A stretch of 64,000 bases of DNA. It comes from Nemertoderma westbladi (lineage: Eukaryota > Animalia > Xenacoelomorpha). Position numbers and translations under genes: made by a program. The number at the start of each line of letters is the position of its first letter. The first letter of the stretch is position 1. Shown here one piece after another: positions 39,015 through 52,076 of the stretch. Below the pieces are notes generated by a model, which searched no databases, was not told the DNA's origin, and was given only the letters and a program-made list of their open reading frames with translations. The DNA lies in assembly GCA_032718475.1 (NCBI GenBank), contig JAUCBJ010008864.1, forward strand, positions 1 through 64,000. The letters are read 5' to 3'.

Positions 39015-40545
39015 TACTACTACTACTAGGATCGGCATGCTGCATTGCAGCTGCATTTTTAAGAATGCTGTGCCGGCTTATCGACAAAATTGCACCGCCA
39101 CAACTCCCTATCACCCATGACATTTGCTAGATCATCCGCATCTTCAAGGCCAGTATCCTTTAAGATGCATCTCAAGAAAGTCATGGGCTGTCCACCATGC
39201 TTATTCACTCCATGAGGCTGCCAAAGTACAAGATTTATGCACTGGCTGGTCCTCACAGCAAAAGCAATGTCCTGCAAAGCGGAGGCGATATTGTTCTAGT
39301 GTCAAGCTTGGTGTCTGGTATATAGTGTCTGGTTGGAGATGTGTGCATTGTACTTGACACAATGAACACGGCGTAGCATTCTTGTGAATGTGCCATCCAG
39401 AAATTTGGTGTACTCAGCAGTTAGAGCCCAGCATGGACTCCCGCAGAGGAGTACTGGAACTACTGCTGCTCTAAATAATCGGACCTTAAGTTTCCGATTA
39501 ATTCTCGGTGACTTCCAAATCCTGGAAAGCCTATTCAAGGCTGCCCATGCCTTTCCCTTACGTATTCGAAGGTCCTCACCTGACTTCCGGATCCATGATC
39601 CCAGGTAACAGAAGTCGTCCACATGCTCAAGCATACCATCCTTTGAGCTTATGCTCATCCGATCAGAGACTTGCTGAGGAATTTCAAAGTTAACTGTCAA
39701 AATTTTGGTCTTTCTGGAGTTAATAAAAAGACCAACACTAGAAGCAGCACGTTCTAATGAGCTGAGGAGCTGTTGGGCTCCCTCTAATGATTCTGAGAGT
39801 ACTCCTAAGTCATCAGCAAAGTCTAGATCAGTTAGGTATACTTGGCAGGATTTCCTCGACTTCTGGAGCCAGTAGGTGGAGTTATCATCACCCCATCATC
39901 ATTTGATGATCTAAGGACATGCGTAGAACATAGTCAACAACAATAATGAACAAGAATGGTGCAAGTGTGTCTCCTTGGAGGACGCCCCATAACACTTCAA
40001 ATGGTTCTGTGTCACCGTCAACAGTAGACACAAATGTTGTCGAGCCATCGTATACTGATCTGATTGCTGCAATAATTTCATCAGGAATCCCATATAATGA
40101 AAGTATGCTGAACATACGTGAGCGAGAGACTGAATCAAAGGCCTTGAAGAAGTCAACAAAGATAACAGCCAGATGCCTGTCTTTCTTTTTTGATAACTCT
40201 TCAATTATCCTTCTAAGTGCCAAAATGGGCTCCATGGTCCCACGACCTTTACGGAACCCATTCTGATTTCCACGTAGCAGTCTCTCAATGGGATCCCTGA
40301 TGCGATTTAATAGAATCCTATTGTATAGCTTTGCAGCAATCGAGATCAATGAGATTCCCCGAAAAGAACCATAGAGTGTTAGGTTGCCCTTCTTGGGAAC
40401 TGGCACCAACTTATTTGTTTTCATTTCTTGTGGGACTCTTGTTGTTCGGTACATGTCTACTATGATGGGATAGATGAGCTTTAAACACTCAGGTATTTTA
40501 AAGACCTCAGGGGGAACACCATCTACTCCACTGGCACGATTGGTC
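39015..40545 (-). mobile_element. 5'-truncated RTE-clade LINE (RT pseudogene)
   Basis: RT motifs RASGVDGVPPEVFK, FRGISLIS, QNGFRKGRGT, FVDFFKAFDSV, GVLQGDTLAPFLF and DFADD (frameshifted near 39840-39900), plus FCYLGS. Ends in an (AGT)n tail; 12-bp TSD TTATTGTCATAC (39003-39014 and 40546-40557). Confidence 0.93.
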
Positions 40546-41006
40546 TTATTGTCATACAAACACTAAAAGCGGAAAAAAATGAAACATTCGGACAAATAAA
40601 AAATACGAAATATTTCAATATTCGGTGTAACGCCCGAATGTTCGTGAACCAGAATTGACATAATAATATATCTTTATTTTCAAGATTTAATTAATCCTCC
40701 ATATTTTATGGTTCAAGAAAACCCCAAGATTACAGTGACAAAATTTAAAACCATTGTTGCTTGCATCAAATTTTTATATACAACTTGGCACAAAAAGTAC
40801 ATAATAGAGAGTGATGGATGATATATTTTCCAAAATGTAGCCCAAAAAACTGGAGGAATTCTCGAAAAATTTGGTACTGTACAATTTTTCTTCTTGTAGT
40901 TAACGATACAGTCGATTCTAAGTGTATAATGTATATACGTTTTATTTTCCAAGATATATATAAATTAAAGCTATTTACCGGTGTGCACTGTGCATACTTT
41001 ATTTAC

Positions 41007-41165
41007 CTGTGTATATGTAGTCTCGGCCGACGCATACCAGTTTAATATACATATTGGAAACAAATTTATCGGTTTTACCAACAACGTGCTGGTCCCGATC
41101 ACCTATTCTTAAGTTATTTCTCAAGTTATACCAAAGCCGATAGGCGTCTTTCCAGGCAAATATAT
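41007..41165 (-). CDS. F-box/WD40-like protein, exon 2
   Basis: Acceptor tttttAG|AT, donor ACAG|GTAAAT; 159 nt, phase 1-1. Translates (D)IFAWKDAYRLWYNLRNNLRIGDRDQHVVGKTDKFVSNMYIKLVCVGRDYIYT. WK..Y.....L..N...G is the typical post-F-box helix of FBXW proteins. Confidence 0.8.
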
Positions 41166-41622
41166 CTAAAAATATAAATTAAATTAAAGAGAATGAGCTC
41201 CTAGTTTTCAAAGAAATAGTACTTATTTAGGCAAGAGCTCAACTGGTAAGTCTTAATTCGTAAGTCATAAGTCGTTTTCGAGAACTGCTCAAAATTATAC
41301 CTAGTTCCTGTGCACCACTTGTACGACATAAGTCACTTGTTACAAAAGATAAAAGATGCGTCTCACATTTAATACACATTTACATTCAAAGAAACCAACC
41401 ACAGGTCTCCATCCGGCCATAAGTTATTGATTTTCGCTCGACCCAGAGATTGTAACTTACGATTTACCATCGGAGACGCTCCCATTGAACCAATGAGTTC
41501 CATAATTCATTTGAACGACATTTTTGACAAACGACATGACTTAGACTTACCAGTGGAGGACTGGCCTTTTACACTTACATATTTACACCAAGCTCGACTA
41601 AAGAGTAGGATGATACACCTAC

Positions 41623-41839
41623 CATCAATACTATTAAGATCACTTGTATTGAGTATATCATAGAGTTCAGCTGGTGCTATTTCCCCAGACAGACAGGCGG
41701 ATTTCCAGATTTCCGGACAGCTAGATATCACCTCATTCCACATTGTAGAGACCATAGAAGCCCTAACCAAATCACGCCCAGAGAGAAACTTAAACACCAG
41801 TAATTTGATTTCCAACGGTAAATGCCCAAGTATATCCAT
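41623..41839 (-). CDS. F-box/WD40-like protein, exon 1 (F-box domain)
   Basis: ATG at 41839. MDILGHLPLEIKLLVFKFLSGRDLVRASMVSTMWNEVISSCPEIWKSAC matches the F-box motif (LP.EI...IF..L...DL..AS.VS..W). Donor G|GTAGGT after 41623; 217 nt, phase 1. Confidence 0.85.
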
Positions 41840-42708
41840 TCGTTTATCTATTACAATACAAATGATAATATTACAAATTAAATTACAACACAAAGTATGG
41901 TTTTAAAAAACATGTTTTTACTTATCCATGATGTATTATTTTTTTTGTTTTTTAAAATGTTTTTATTTTGTTTTAAATGATTTTTTTTTTATATAAGGCA
42001 TTTTTCTGATAAAAATTATATTTTGAGTTACAGTAGTAAAGTAGTACCGGAAATACCGATAGTAGAGCAGGCTAGGCTTTTCTGTTTACTCCACATGAAC
42101 TCGCTCTCTGCAGCCGTGACAAACTCCACCACACTGCTAGATGCGTGTCAATGAGCTGATGAAGCTGTGTATCTTTCAATTCAGAGCACGGCGGCAACGA
42201 AGGGGGAGCATCATCCGCTCGTTCAAGGTAGCGGCAGCTACCCTGTGGAGGATGGCGATGTGGAGGGAGAGTGCACCAGTGCAGTCAGGCAGTCGGGGAG
42301 AAGTTCTAATTTCAATTATATTAATTTCATAAATTGTTTTAATTCAACTTTTGGAGTACGGTACAGGAACAGGAGTAGGTTTGGTGTTTGGACTGTTGGA
42401 AATAGGGAAGTAGAATCAGAGTCAGGCAGTCAGGGGAATTCATTCATTATTCCATTATATAAAGATTTTGACGGTACAGTACAGCGGTAATTTCATAGGC
42501 CCCTAGGTCTAATAGGCCTACAGTATTGTTGTAATAGATAACAGTCAGACAGTAACAGTAGTCTGGTAGTATTTCAGCTAATTTCCATCAGCTAATTTCC
42601 ATATGTAAATTCACCGAAAATTTAAAAAAATAAGCCGGTCCCGGTATGCTACGAAATAGGCCTACTGAAATATGTAGCCTATATGTTCGCTTTTACCGTA
42701 CTGTATTA

Positions 42709-44607
42709 CAGTCGGGGAGAAGTTCTATTTTAAACTGAGTTGAAATTTCAACTTTATTTTTTAAAATTCAACTTTTTATTAAAATTCAACTTTTGTGGAG
42801 CAAGGTTTAAAATTCAACTTTTTTCAGTCTGGTTCCCGGCTTAATTTGACATTATGTCAAATTTGACATGTGGCATGTCAAATTTGTCACTAATGTCAAA
42901 ATTGCCATTTCGTTGTTTAAATTCTATATATAGGCATAGTTAAAAGACAGATGTCAAGGCAAATACGGGTAGTTGGTAGTACTTACTGACTTAATAGTTA
43001 AACAAATAGTTAATACTAATAGTACTTTCTTTAGTTGTATTCAGTAAAAATATATTCAGACAATGTACGTATGTGTACGAGCAATCCCTCTGTGAGCAAG
43101 TCGAGTTCGATGGTAATGCTACATATGTGTGCCTACTGCCTATACCTGTATACCATGTGTAGCGACTTGGTAAAAACAGAAGCAATTGCAAAATTAACTG
43201 CGGAGCAACTGCGAGAAAAATTGATAGATATTTTGTCTAATTGGCAGTCTGATTTCGTAGAATACTCAGAACTCCTTATAGTCCTTAAATTGTCCAAGAA
43301 AAAACAAGAACTAGTCGATTTGTACTTCCAAATCCAACAAGATATGAGCAATACAGCAATAGGTACCATAGAAGAGGAGCCTGAAACTGATGAATAGTCT
43401 GTTCTGAATCATTCATTTAATACCACTCAGCCTTACAGCATTAGAATATATATTATATTGCATTATATTATTATATATATATTATATTATATATTATATT
43501 ATAGTTAAATTAGGTTACTGTTATTGTTACTGTTATTAAACTGTTATTTAAGGGGGGGGGGGGGGGGGGGGGGGGGGGGGGCTGGACGCAATAAAATTGC
43601 ATCCCTCTCCAGGGGAAATTGGACACAATTAACAGTTGATTACTCTCAAAAATTAAACTGTAGGCCTAACCTGTTTTATTGTGTTTAGTTTATTGTTTTG
43701 ATTAATATAATGTGCCTTTGTAACCTGCTCCTTTACAGAAGGAATCCGTAATTAAATAGGCCTATCCCATTTTTCATTTCATCAGTTGTCCAGTTTAAAA
43801 TATAAAGCTATAATAATTAAAATTGATGTTGGATCAATTAAACAGATTTAATAATCTGATAATAAACCTTCAACATCAAATCGACTTATATCTGTATATA
43901 TTTATACTACTGGCAGACTGGTATAATATTAAATGTCAAATTTGGAATGTCATGTCAAATATGAATCTTGCATAATTTAAAACGTAATTATTTCAAAAAA
44001 TTATTGGTGAATTTCAATTACCCCTGGTGAAAATGTTCAAATGGCAAATTAATGTCTACATATAAAAATTCAGATGCCCAATTAAATAATTGAACTCCCA
44101 AAGCACTTTTTCTCTTTTTTCCATGTCAAATTTAGCATGAAATGTCAAATTTGAAAAGCAAAATGTCAAATTTGACATAATGTCAAATTAAGCCAGGAAC
44201 CAGACTGTTTTTTAAAATTCAACTTTTGGAGTATGTTTTGAAATACTAAAATATGGAGTTGGAATCCATTACTGGTATTCCATTGTATAATAATTATGAC
44301 ATACCAGCATACAGTGGTATGTAATTTAATACATCTAATCAGAAATTCCCATAGTATTTCAGCTAATTTGCAAATGTAATCACTTAAAATGTTTCAAAAA
44401 AATGTCATCCCGACTCCCGAGGGTGAGAGTTTTTATTCCATCGGTAATGAGGGTTAATTTTTCGAGTTACATCCATAAAAACAATATAAACACCCCTTCT
44501 GTCACGTCTTGGGGGCCTTCTGGGCCTCCTGTCATTTTAGAGTTGAATTTACAACTTAAAAGTTGAATTTTAAAAAAAAAGTTTAAATTTGAACTTCTCC
44601 ACGACTG
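42709..44607. mobile_element. CAGT-terminal TIR element with 5-bp TSD
   Basis: TIR CAGTCG(G/T)GGAGAAGTTC; TSD TATTA. An orphan left end of the same family starts at 42290. Confidence 0.85.
42825..44207. mobile_element. CAGT-terminal TIR element nested in 42709-44607
   Basis: TIR of about 48 bp, CAGTCTGGTTCC(C/T)GGCTTAATTTGACATTATGTCAAATTTGACAT. Flanked by T-runs on both sides, consistent with a TTTTT TSD. Confidence 0.85.
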
Positions 44608-46800
44608 TATTAGGCCTACTGTCAGCCATCCTGGAGAAACTAGCTCTACATGCAGTAGGGAACATACCCTTAAATAAGCTCCAAAAGTGGGTTCTTATTT
44701 AAGGAAAATGGCTCTTATTTAGGGGTTTTTGGGCCTTTTTTGGACATTTTTTCGATATAATATGCAATAACTTGTTTCAGGAAAAAATACCGCATAATTT
44801 TATTTCACAATGTAAAAGTTGGGTCTTTCTTGAACATAAAGCAAAAAACCAGAAAACATTTCACCGTCCGGTTTTTTTTCTACAAGCGTTTTAAATTTGC
44901 ATCAAAAATAAGACTAGTTCCTAAATAAGGCTATTTTTTAAATTTACCTTATTCAAGATATCAAAATTGTACACACAAATACTAAAAGTCCCTAAATAAG
45001 AACTTTTTGACCTGGGTTTCTTATTTAGGAATACAATTGTATTCCAAAATCTGCACATTCCTTAAATAAAATAAATATTCCTTATTCCTTACAGTATGTG
45101 TTACACTTCTTTCATAATAATTCTTTGATTTGTCAGTCTGTATATTGCTAATTGTTGGGTTAAGGATAAGGACAATGGTTGCACTGCACTCTATAAATCC
45201 TCTATAGAATATCGTATCATAATGAAGTTGCTAGCACTGGCATTCTTACCTCACACGGTAGCATAGAATAGCCAGTCCATTGATATTCAAAAGAAAAGCC
45301 CATCGCCCATCTGAGCACATATACATTGTCATGTATTTCGATGAGACATGACTCAAGTAACTGGACATCGCCGCACAGTTTCGAAAAACTAAGTTGTGTC
45401 CTGCATTTCTTCTTCTGCTCCGCGTTACGCCCCACTTAGATGGATTGTCCACAATGTTGTACTTGAAAGGTGTGAAAAAAGGGAAAAAACCAATATCAAT
45501 GTCATGTCAATAGGCACAAAGATAGTTCGGTCGGGCAGCTGATAGACGTTATGAAGGTTAAAGATGATGACTGGATGACGTTTTGGCTCAACTGGCTCAG
45601 GCAGCAGTGGGACACGTTCGTGGGACCTTTGTGCAGCATGAAGTGAGCAATGCCTTAGCTAGCCCTACTGCCCTAGCTGATAGGGGCCCCACCCCATTAA
45701 CATGGTGTCTTTCGTTAGTCAGAGGTCGTTCAACACAATACTCGTCTCCTTAATTTGCCTCATTGCATTCGTTTGTTTTTTACCAAACTATTTTTAGATT
45801 ATTTCTAATCTTTTGACAGACTACATACTACATACATACCACGTTTCGTTTAATTTCATCAAGGAATGATGACCGAGTTATTAGCGATAAAAAATTTACA
45901 ACTCGGTAATACTCGTTAATAACACCCATATGCTAGCTAAGGCTTCGCTCACTTGAACGTGGCTCTCCCCCACATTCAATCCGGTTCGACGCAGTTTGTT
46001 GCTCGTTGTTGCTCATTGCTATTCGTTGTTGCTCATTGCTGCTCGTTGTGCTTTATTCTCGTTGTTGCTTTGTTGGTCATTGTTGCTCACTGTTGCTTGT
46101 TGGTGCTCATTGTTGCTCGTTAGTTGTACTTTATTATTGCTCGTTGTTGCTCGTTGTACTATATTATTGCTCATTGTTACTCATTGTTGCGTGTTGTTGT
46201 ACTTTATTATTGCTCGTTCAATCGTTGTTCCTCATTGTCAGATTGTTGCTCGTTGTTTCTAGTTGTTGTACTTTATTATTGTTCATTGTTGCTCGTTGTT
46301 GCTCAATATTACTCGTTGTTGCTAGTTCAGTCATTGTTGCTCGTTGTTGTACTTTATTATTGCTCATTGTTGCTCAATATACGACTCGTTGTTGCTCAAT
46401 ATAACTCGTTGTTGCTCGTTCAGTTGTTGTTGCTCATTATTGCTCGTTGTTTCTTGTTGTTGCTCATTGTTGCTCGTTGTTGTTCTTTATTATTGCTCAT
46501 TGTTGCTCAGTGTTTCTCATTGTTGCTCAATGTTACTCGTTGTTATACTTTATTATTGCTCAATGTTACTCGCTGTTACTCATTGTCATTGTTGCTCATT
46601 GTTACTCGTTGTTCCTCATGTCCTAATTATTGGTCGTTGTTTCTCGTTGTTGTACTTTATTATTGCTCGTTGTTGCTCATTATTACTCATTGTTTCTCGT
46701 TGTTGCTCATTGTTGCTCGTTGTTGTACTTTATTATTGCTCATTTTTGCTCGTTGTTTGTTGCTCATTGTTTCTCATTGTTGCTCAATGTTACTCGTAGT

Positions 46801-49054
46801 CAAGGGTTATTGATTGCAATTTAATTGCATGCTATCAATCAATTAATTGCAATTGGAGATTATATCAATCAATTAATTGCAATTAAAGTCTTGAGCCAAT
46901 CAATTAATTGTAAATGTCAATTCACAAAATCAATTACCGGTATTCAATTAATTGCAATTAATTGCCAATTATTTTAAAAAAGTTGAATATTATTACTATT
47001 ACCAATACTATTTAATTGATAATAATTAGTTGTTATTAGTTGTTTTAGTATTAATTAAAATTAATTAGTTGTTAAGTAGTTATAATAAAATAAGTTGAAT
47101 ATTATTACTATTACTATTACTAATACTATTACACTACCGGTATTACTATTTACATAATTTCTTTATTATGACTGACAATTCAATGTCAATACTGACCAGA
47201 AGATTAAAAATCAGAATGGGACATTACTAACTACAGTTAGGTACAATGGCCAAATCTGGCAACCTCAAAAGTTGCCACATATGGCAATGTTTATTGCCAA
47301 ATCTGGCAACTTTTGGTTTTTCTAATTTTCGTAATTTTGGTAAATAGGTAAGTGAAAAGAGCGCGAAATTTAAATATAATTGACCGTATAAGAAAAAAAA
47401 TCATCGTCTGAATTTCTCTTAGCAATAGGCCGAAATGTGCCTAAAATAATTATTGCCATTTTTGGCAACCATTAGAATTAAAGAAAAATAATGGTTGCCA
47501 TTTTTGGCAACAATTACAGAATTATTATTGTGCAGCCCTGTCAGTTACTCTGTCCTGTCATTGTAGATTACTTCAAAATTGCTTACTGCTTGCTTACCCT
47601 TGTCGAGTTGTGATGATTTATAAACATTAGTCGACGAAATGTCAGAATGTAGGCCTATATGATATGTTGTTAAAAATGTTAATGGACAGATGGATGAGTA
47701 TGTAACCAGGTAACAGATACCGTACTGGATAAAATTTGACAACGTGAACCTGAACATCACCACAAGGCGGCAAGGTGGCATTACAGCATTAAAGTTTGAG
47801 AAACGGTGTGACAGAAGAAAAATCGAATTTGTGTCGAAATTCAAAATTTAGAAAGACTGAGAAAACCAAAACGCGTGTTAAGAGATTCAACCAAATTGTT
47901 TCTAGTAAGCGTAGGCCCTAATGAAAAACGGGATGAAATTATTTTCATTATATGTCTTTATGCTGTTATGTAGGAATGGTACTGAATGGAAATATAGACT
48001 GATAGATATACTGAACTGTGAGTGAAGGATGATTTAGATTGCAGGGCAATTGTGTCAGCATTACACAGTCAGACAGTTACAATCTTTAACTATTATTGCA
48101 GTATTTGTACAAACAACACTCAAACACCTCCCCAAGCAGCGCCAGAGATTACTAGCAATAATAAACTATCACCATCACCAGTCAGTCTGTGTTTGTGTTA
48201 TTGATACTCATTCAGTCATTCTCACCTTACGCCTTATTTACGATTTATTAGGATATATTGCTGTATTGCAGTATTGGTTAGAACTTAGAATACTGGAATA
48301 TGCCACTACCGGTATAAGTATAACCTGGCCCTTACTGCCAAGTTGCCAAATATGGCAACAATGGCTTTATATAGTTGCCAAATGAGGCAATCAGAAATGT
48401 TGCCAGATTTTGCTTGGTTGCCAAATATGGCAATCACAATCATTGCCAGATTTGGCCATTGTACCTAACTGAACTACCGGTAGTTACTACCTAGCTTCTT
48501 TCTGTCAAGTATATCGTTCAAACTGCCGCAGTAGCGCTACCGTTAACAAGAAAACTGAAATGAACGACTGATGCTGTGGTAGGCAGTCAGTAGGTAGGCC
48601 TAATGCTGTAAATAAGAGTAATAAGACTGATACTGATAATTTATTTTACATTGTGTTTGTGTACTGGTTCATGCATTGTATAGTAAGCAATATAGCTACA
48701 GAAACACGTTAAGTATTGCTGATGCTGCTAGGCTGGGCGCTGGCTAACTTTCTACTGTAGAATGGATAGATAATAAATAATAGGATAATTGATTGTGTTG
48801 GGCGATGGACGCAATTAATTGAATAATTGCTTCCAGAGCAATCAATTATCCAATTAATTGCGTCCATCCCAATCAATTATCCAAATAATTGCGTCCATCC
48901 CAATCAATTATGCAATTAATTGCGTCCATCCCAATCAATTATCCAATTAATTGCGTCCATCCCAATCAATTATCCAATTATTTTGAAATCACCAATCAAT
49001 TGGGTCAATTAATTGCAAATAATTGTTTGCCCAATTAATTTTTGATAGCCCTTG
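46801..49054. mobile_element. hAT-like MITE
   Basis: Termini CAAGGGTTAT…ATAGCCCTTG; 8-bp TSD CTCGTAGT; repeated CAATTAATTG subterminal palindromes. Confidence 0.85.
47234..48471. mobile_element. CAGT-terminal TIR element with 5-bp TSD, nested
   Basis: TIR CAGTTAGGTACAATGGCCAAATCTGGCAA; TSD AACTA. Confidence 0.88.
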
Positions 49055-49269
49055 CTCGTAGTTGCTCATTGTTACTCGTTGCTGCTCGTTCAGTCGTTGT
49101 TCCTCATTATTGCTCGTTGGTTGTACTTTATTATTGCTCATTGTTGCTCAATGTTACTCGTTGTTGCTCGTTGTTACTCGTTGTTTTGTTACTCATTGTT
49201 CATTTGTTGCTCGTTGTTGCTTATTGTTGCTCGTTGTGCATTTTTGCACCTATCAAATTAAGCTCAGAA

Positions 49270-50345
49270 GCTCCCTTATCTTTGCAGGACATTGCTTTCG
49301 CCGTGAGGACCAGCCAGTGCATAATCTTGTACTTTGGCAGCCTCATGGAGCCAGGTTGGAATTTATGTAGAGTTTGCTCAACATGTGTGGCGCGGATTAA
49401 GGATCCTGGCGCGTAGTGACAGGGGCGTGTGGCGCGGATTAAGGATCCTGGCGCGTAGTGACAGGGGCGTGTGGCGCGCATTGAGGATCCTGGCGCGAAT
49501 ATGGATGTAGGGTTAGGTTGGGACAGTAGGAGGTAGCGTAGCAATGTACTAGCAACACATCCCACTCTACAGCTCTATTTGAAATTATTCCATAGGTTTA
49601 AAAAGATTGAAAAATGTCCGCTCGCTTCGCTCGCGTCTATCAGTTTTTAGACTGTAAAACTACTCTTTAGTACTACCTGGCTGTGGACGAATGGAAACGG
49701 ACAGATTGAGCATGACCATTAAAAACATGACTTATTGTTTCAAAAGTTTTTCAATTGTCAGATTCTTCAAACCAATAAAACCATGAAAGCCTGCATGATT
49801 CCGCAGAATTTCCGTGCTCGCTGCGCTCGCAATTTACCGGTAATGACATCTGCATTTCTGCATTTGAAAACAGTCGGTTTGCCAACTTTAAATGCTGAAA
49901 TGTTAAAATTTCCTTGCTCGCTACGCTTGCATTTCAATGTTAACATAGGGCCTACTGTAGGGCTACAGAATTCAGGAATTATAAACTGATAAATTATTAC
50001 AATTAAGCAATTATTACAGAACTACTGCAAAATTTCATAGTCAATTGTTGGCTTGGCGCGCATTAGATATCATGGCTGGCGCGATTTTCGTTTAACCAGA
50101 ACGCGTGAGGCGCGCTTTTTGTCAGTATTCCATATAGGTCATGGAGTGAATAAGCATGGTGGACAACCCATGACTTTCTTGAGACGCATCTTAAAGGACA
50201 CTGGCCTTGAAGATGCGGATGATCTAGCAAATGTCATGGGTGATAGGGAGTTGTGGCGGTGCGATTTTGTCGATAAGCCGGCACAGCATTCTTAAAAATG
50301 CAGCTGCAATGCAGCATGCCGATCCTAGTAGTAGTAGTAGTAGTA
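49270..50345 (+). mobile_element. RTE LINE 3' fragment split by the insertion 49351-50138
   Basis: Matches the 3' end of 39015-40545 in the opposite orientation and ends in (AGT)n. The halves rejoin at the TCATGGAG duplication. Confidence 0.85.
49351..50138. mobile_element. 788-bp non-autonomous element with 8-bp TSD (hAT-like)
   Basis: Imperfect termini CCAGGTTGGAAT…ATTCCATATAGG; TSD TCATGGAG; 42-bp tandem repeats and CGCTCGC motifs. Confidence 0.8.
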
Positions 50346-52076
50346 TCTCTGCATCTTGCAATGTCCTGTGTCCTGTCAGGGTTAGGCAGTTAGGAGGTCA
50401 TAACTGTCATAAGCAGATAAGGGCAGAAGGAGGACGGGGCTGGGAGACGAGGTTATAAGAGACTTTATATATGGATATTTAATTTAATTTATTTAATTTA
50501 ATATATGAGAAATGAGAAATATTTAATTTATTTAAGGAGTATGCAGATTTTGGAATGAAATTGTATACCTAAATAAGAAACCCATGTCAAAAAGTTCTTA
50601 TTAAGGACTTTTAGTATTTATGTGTACAAATTCGATGTCTTAAATAAGGTAAATTTAAAAAATCCCTCTTATTTAGGAACTGGTCGTATTTTTGATGCAA
50701 TTTTAAAACGCTTGTCTGCTTGTAGAAAAAAAACCGGACAGTGAAATGTTTTATGTTTTTTTGCATTATGTTCAAGAAAGACCCAACTTTTATATTGTGA
50801 AATAAAATTATGCAGTATTTTTACCTGAAACAAGTTCTTGCATATTATGTCGAAAAAATATCCAAAAAAGGCCCAAAAACCCCTAAATAAGAGCCATTTT
50901 CCTTAAATAAGAACCCACTTTTGGAGCTTATTTAAGGGTATGTTCCCTACTGACATGTCAATATTGACACATGTCAATATTGACAATGTGCCCGACTGAC
51001 TGTCAGTGTCAGACCAGCAGACTTTAGGCTATTAGGCCAGGTTCAACAATAATAATCGTGGTAACTGGGTAATTCAGTAATTACCTCTGTACCTAGCCTA
51101 ATTCAGTTGTTTTTGTTTTGCAGTTTTGCTTTGCTAACTTAAACTGGTAACCGCCTGACCGGTACTGTGTGTCAGTCACTACCGGTACTGCAGCTGTGCA
51201 CAGGTGCCAGGTTGGAATTTATGTAGAGTTTGCTCAACATGTGAGGCGCGGATTAAGGATCCTGGCGCGTAGTGACAGGGGCGTGTGGCGCGGATTAAGG
51301 ATCCTGGCGCGTAGTGATATGGGCGTGTGGCGCGCATTGAGGATCCTGGCCTTCCTGGCGCGATTATCAGAATATGGATGTAGCGATGTAGGGTTAGGTT
51401 AGGACTTAGGACAGTAGGAGGTAGCGTAGCAGAGCACTAGCAACACATCCCACTCTACAGCTCTATTTGAAATTATTCCATAGGTTTAAAAAGATTGAAA
51501 AATGTCCGCTCGCTTCGCTCGCGTTTATACTACAAGTCTACACTCTACTCTTAATACTGTCTGGCTGTGGACAAATGGAAATGGACATATTGAGCATGAC
51601 CATTAAAAAATGAAAAACATGACTTAGGCCTATTGTTTCAAAAGTTTTTCAATTGTCAGATTCTTCAAACCAATAAAACCATGACAGCCTGCATGATTCA
51701 GCAGAATTTCCGTGCTCGCTACGCTCGCGCCAGCTCGCAATTTAATGACATCTGCATTTCTGTATTTGAAAACAGTCGGTTTGCCAACTTTAAATGTTAA
51801 ATTTAAATGTTAAAATTTTCGTGCTCGCTACGCTCGCATCTTGATCACATCTGCATTTAAAAATAGCCTAGTCAGTTGACGTTGACCTACTACTACAGTC
51901 AGACAGTACTACTACTACAACTACAGCACTATCTGACAGTCTGACTATTGCTGTCGGACAGTCAAGACTGTATTTATGTTAACATAATTGGAAAATTTCC
52001 GTGCTCGCTACGCTCGCATTTTAATGTTAACGTAGGACTGTAGCGTACGGCTACAAAATTATAAACTGATAAATTA

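Larger units (their letters stand above)
45995..49237. repeat. (TTGTTGCTCR)n-type minisatellite, split by the hAT-like insertion 46801-49054
   Basis: Degenerate TTG/CTC repeat at 45995-46800 and 49055-49237. Confidence 0.9.
44653..50952. mobile_element. CAGT-terminal element with about 420-bp TIRs, hosting nested insertions
   Basis: 44653 to about 45075 is the reverse complement of about 50520-50952; TSD ACATG. Confidence 0.9.

Noticed and set aside
41507-41622. 3' part of the F-box ORF as a single-exon 128-aa protein
   Set aside because: A GTAGGT donor at 41622 joins in frame to a motif-bearing exon 2, so the read-through is most likely intron.
35469-43581. Long poly-G runs (about 35469-35492 and 43553-43581) as G-quadruplex elements
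   Set aside because: Homopolymer lengths are unreliable in assemblies, and nothing in the context supports a function.
36508-45972. Inverted homology between about 36510-36630 and 45840-45970 as the TIRs of one large element enclosing exons 1-2
   Set aside because: The copies are diverged and have no TSD, and the second lies inside another transposon. More simply, they are two dispersed copies of a repeat family.
45996-49416. Leu/Cys/Val-rich membrane-like ORFs
   Set aside because: Translations of a TTG/CTC minisatellite, open in several frames at once.
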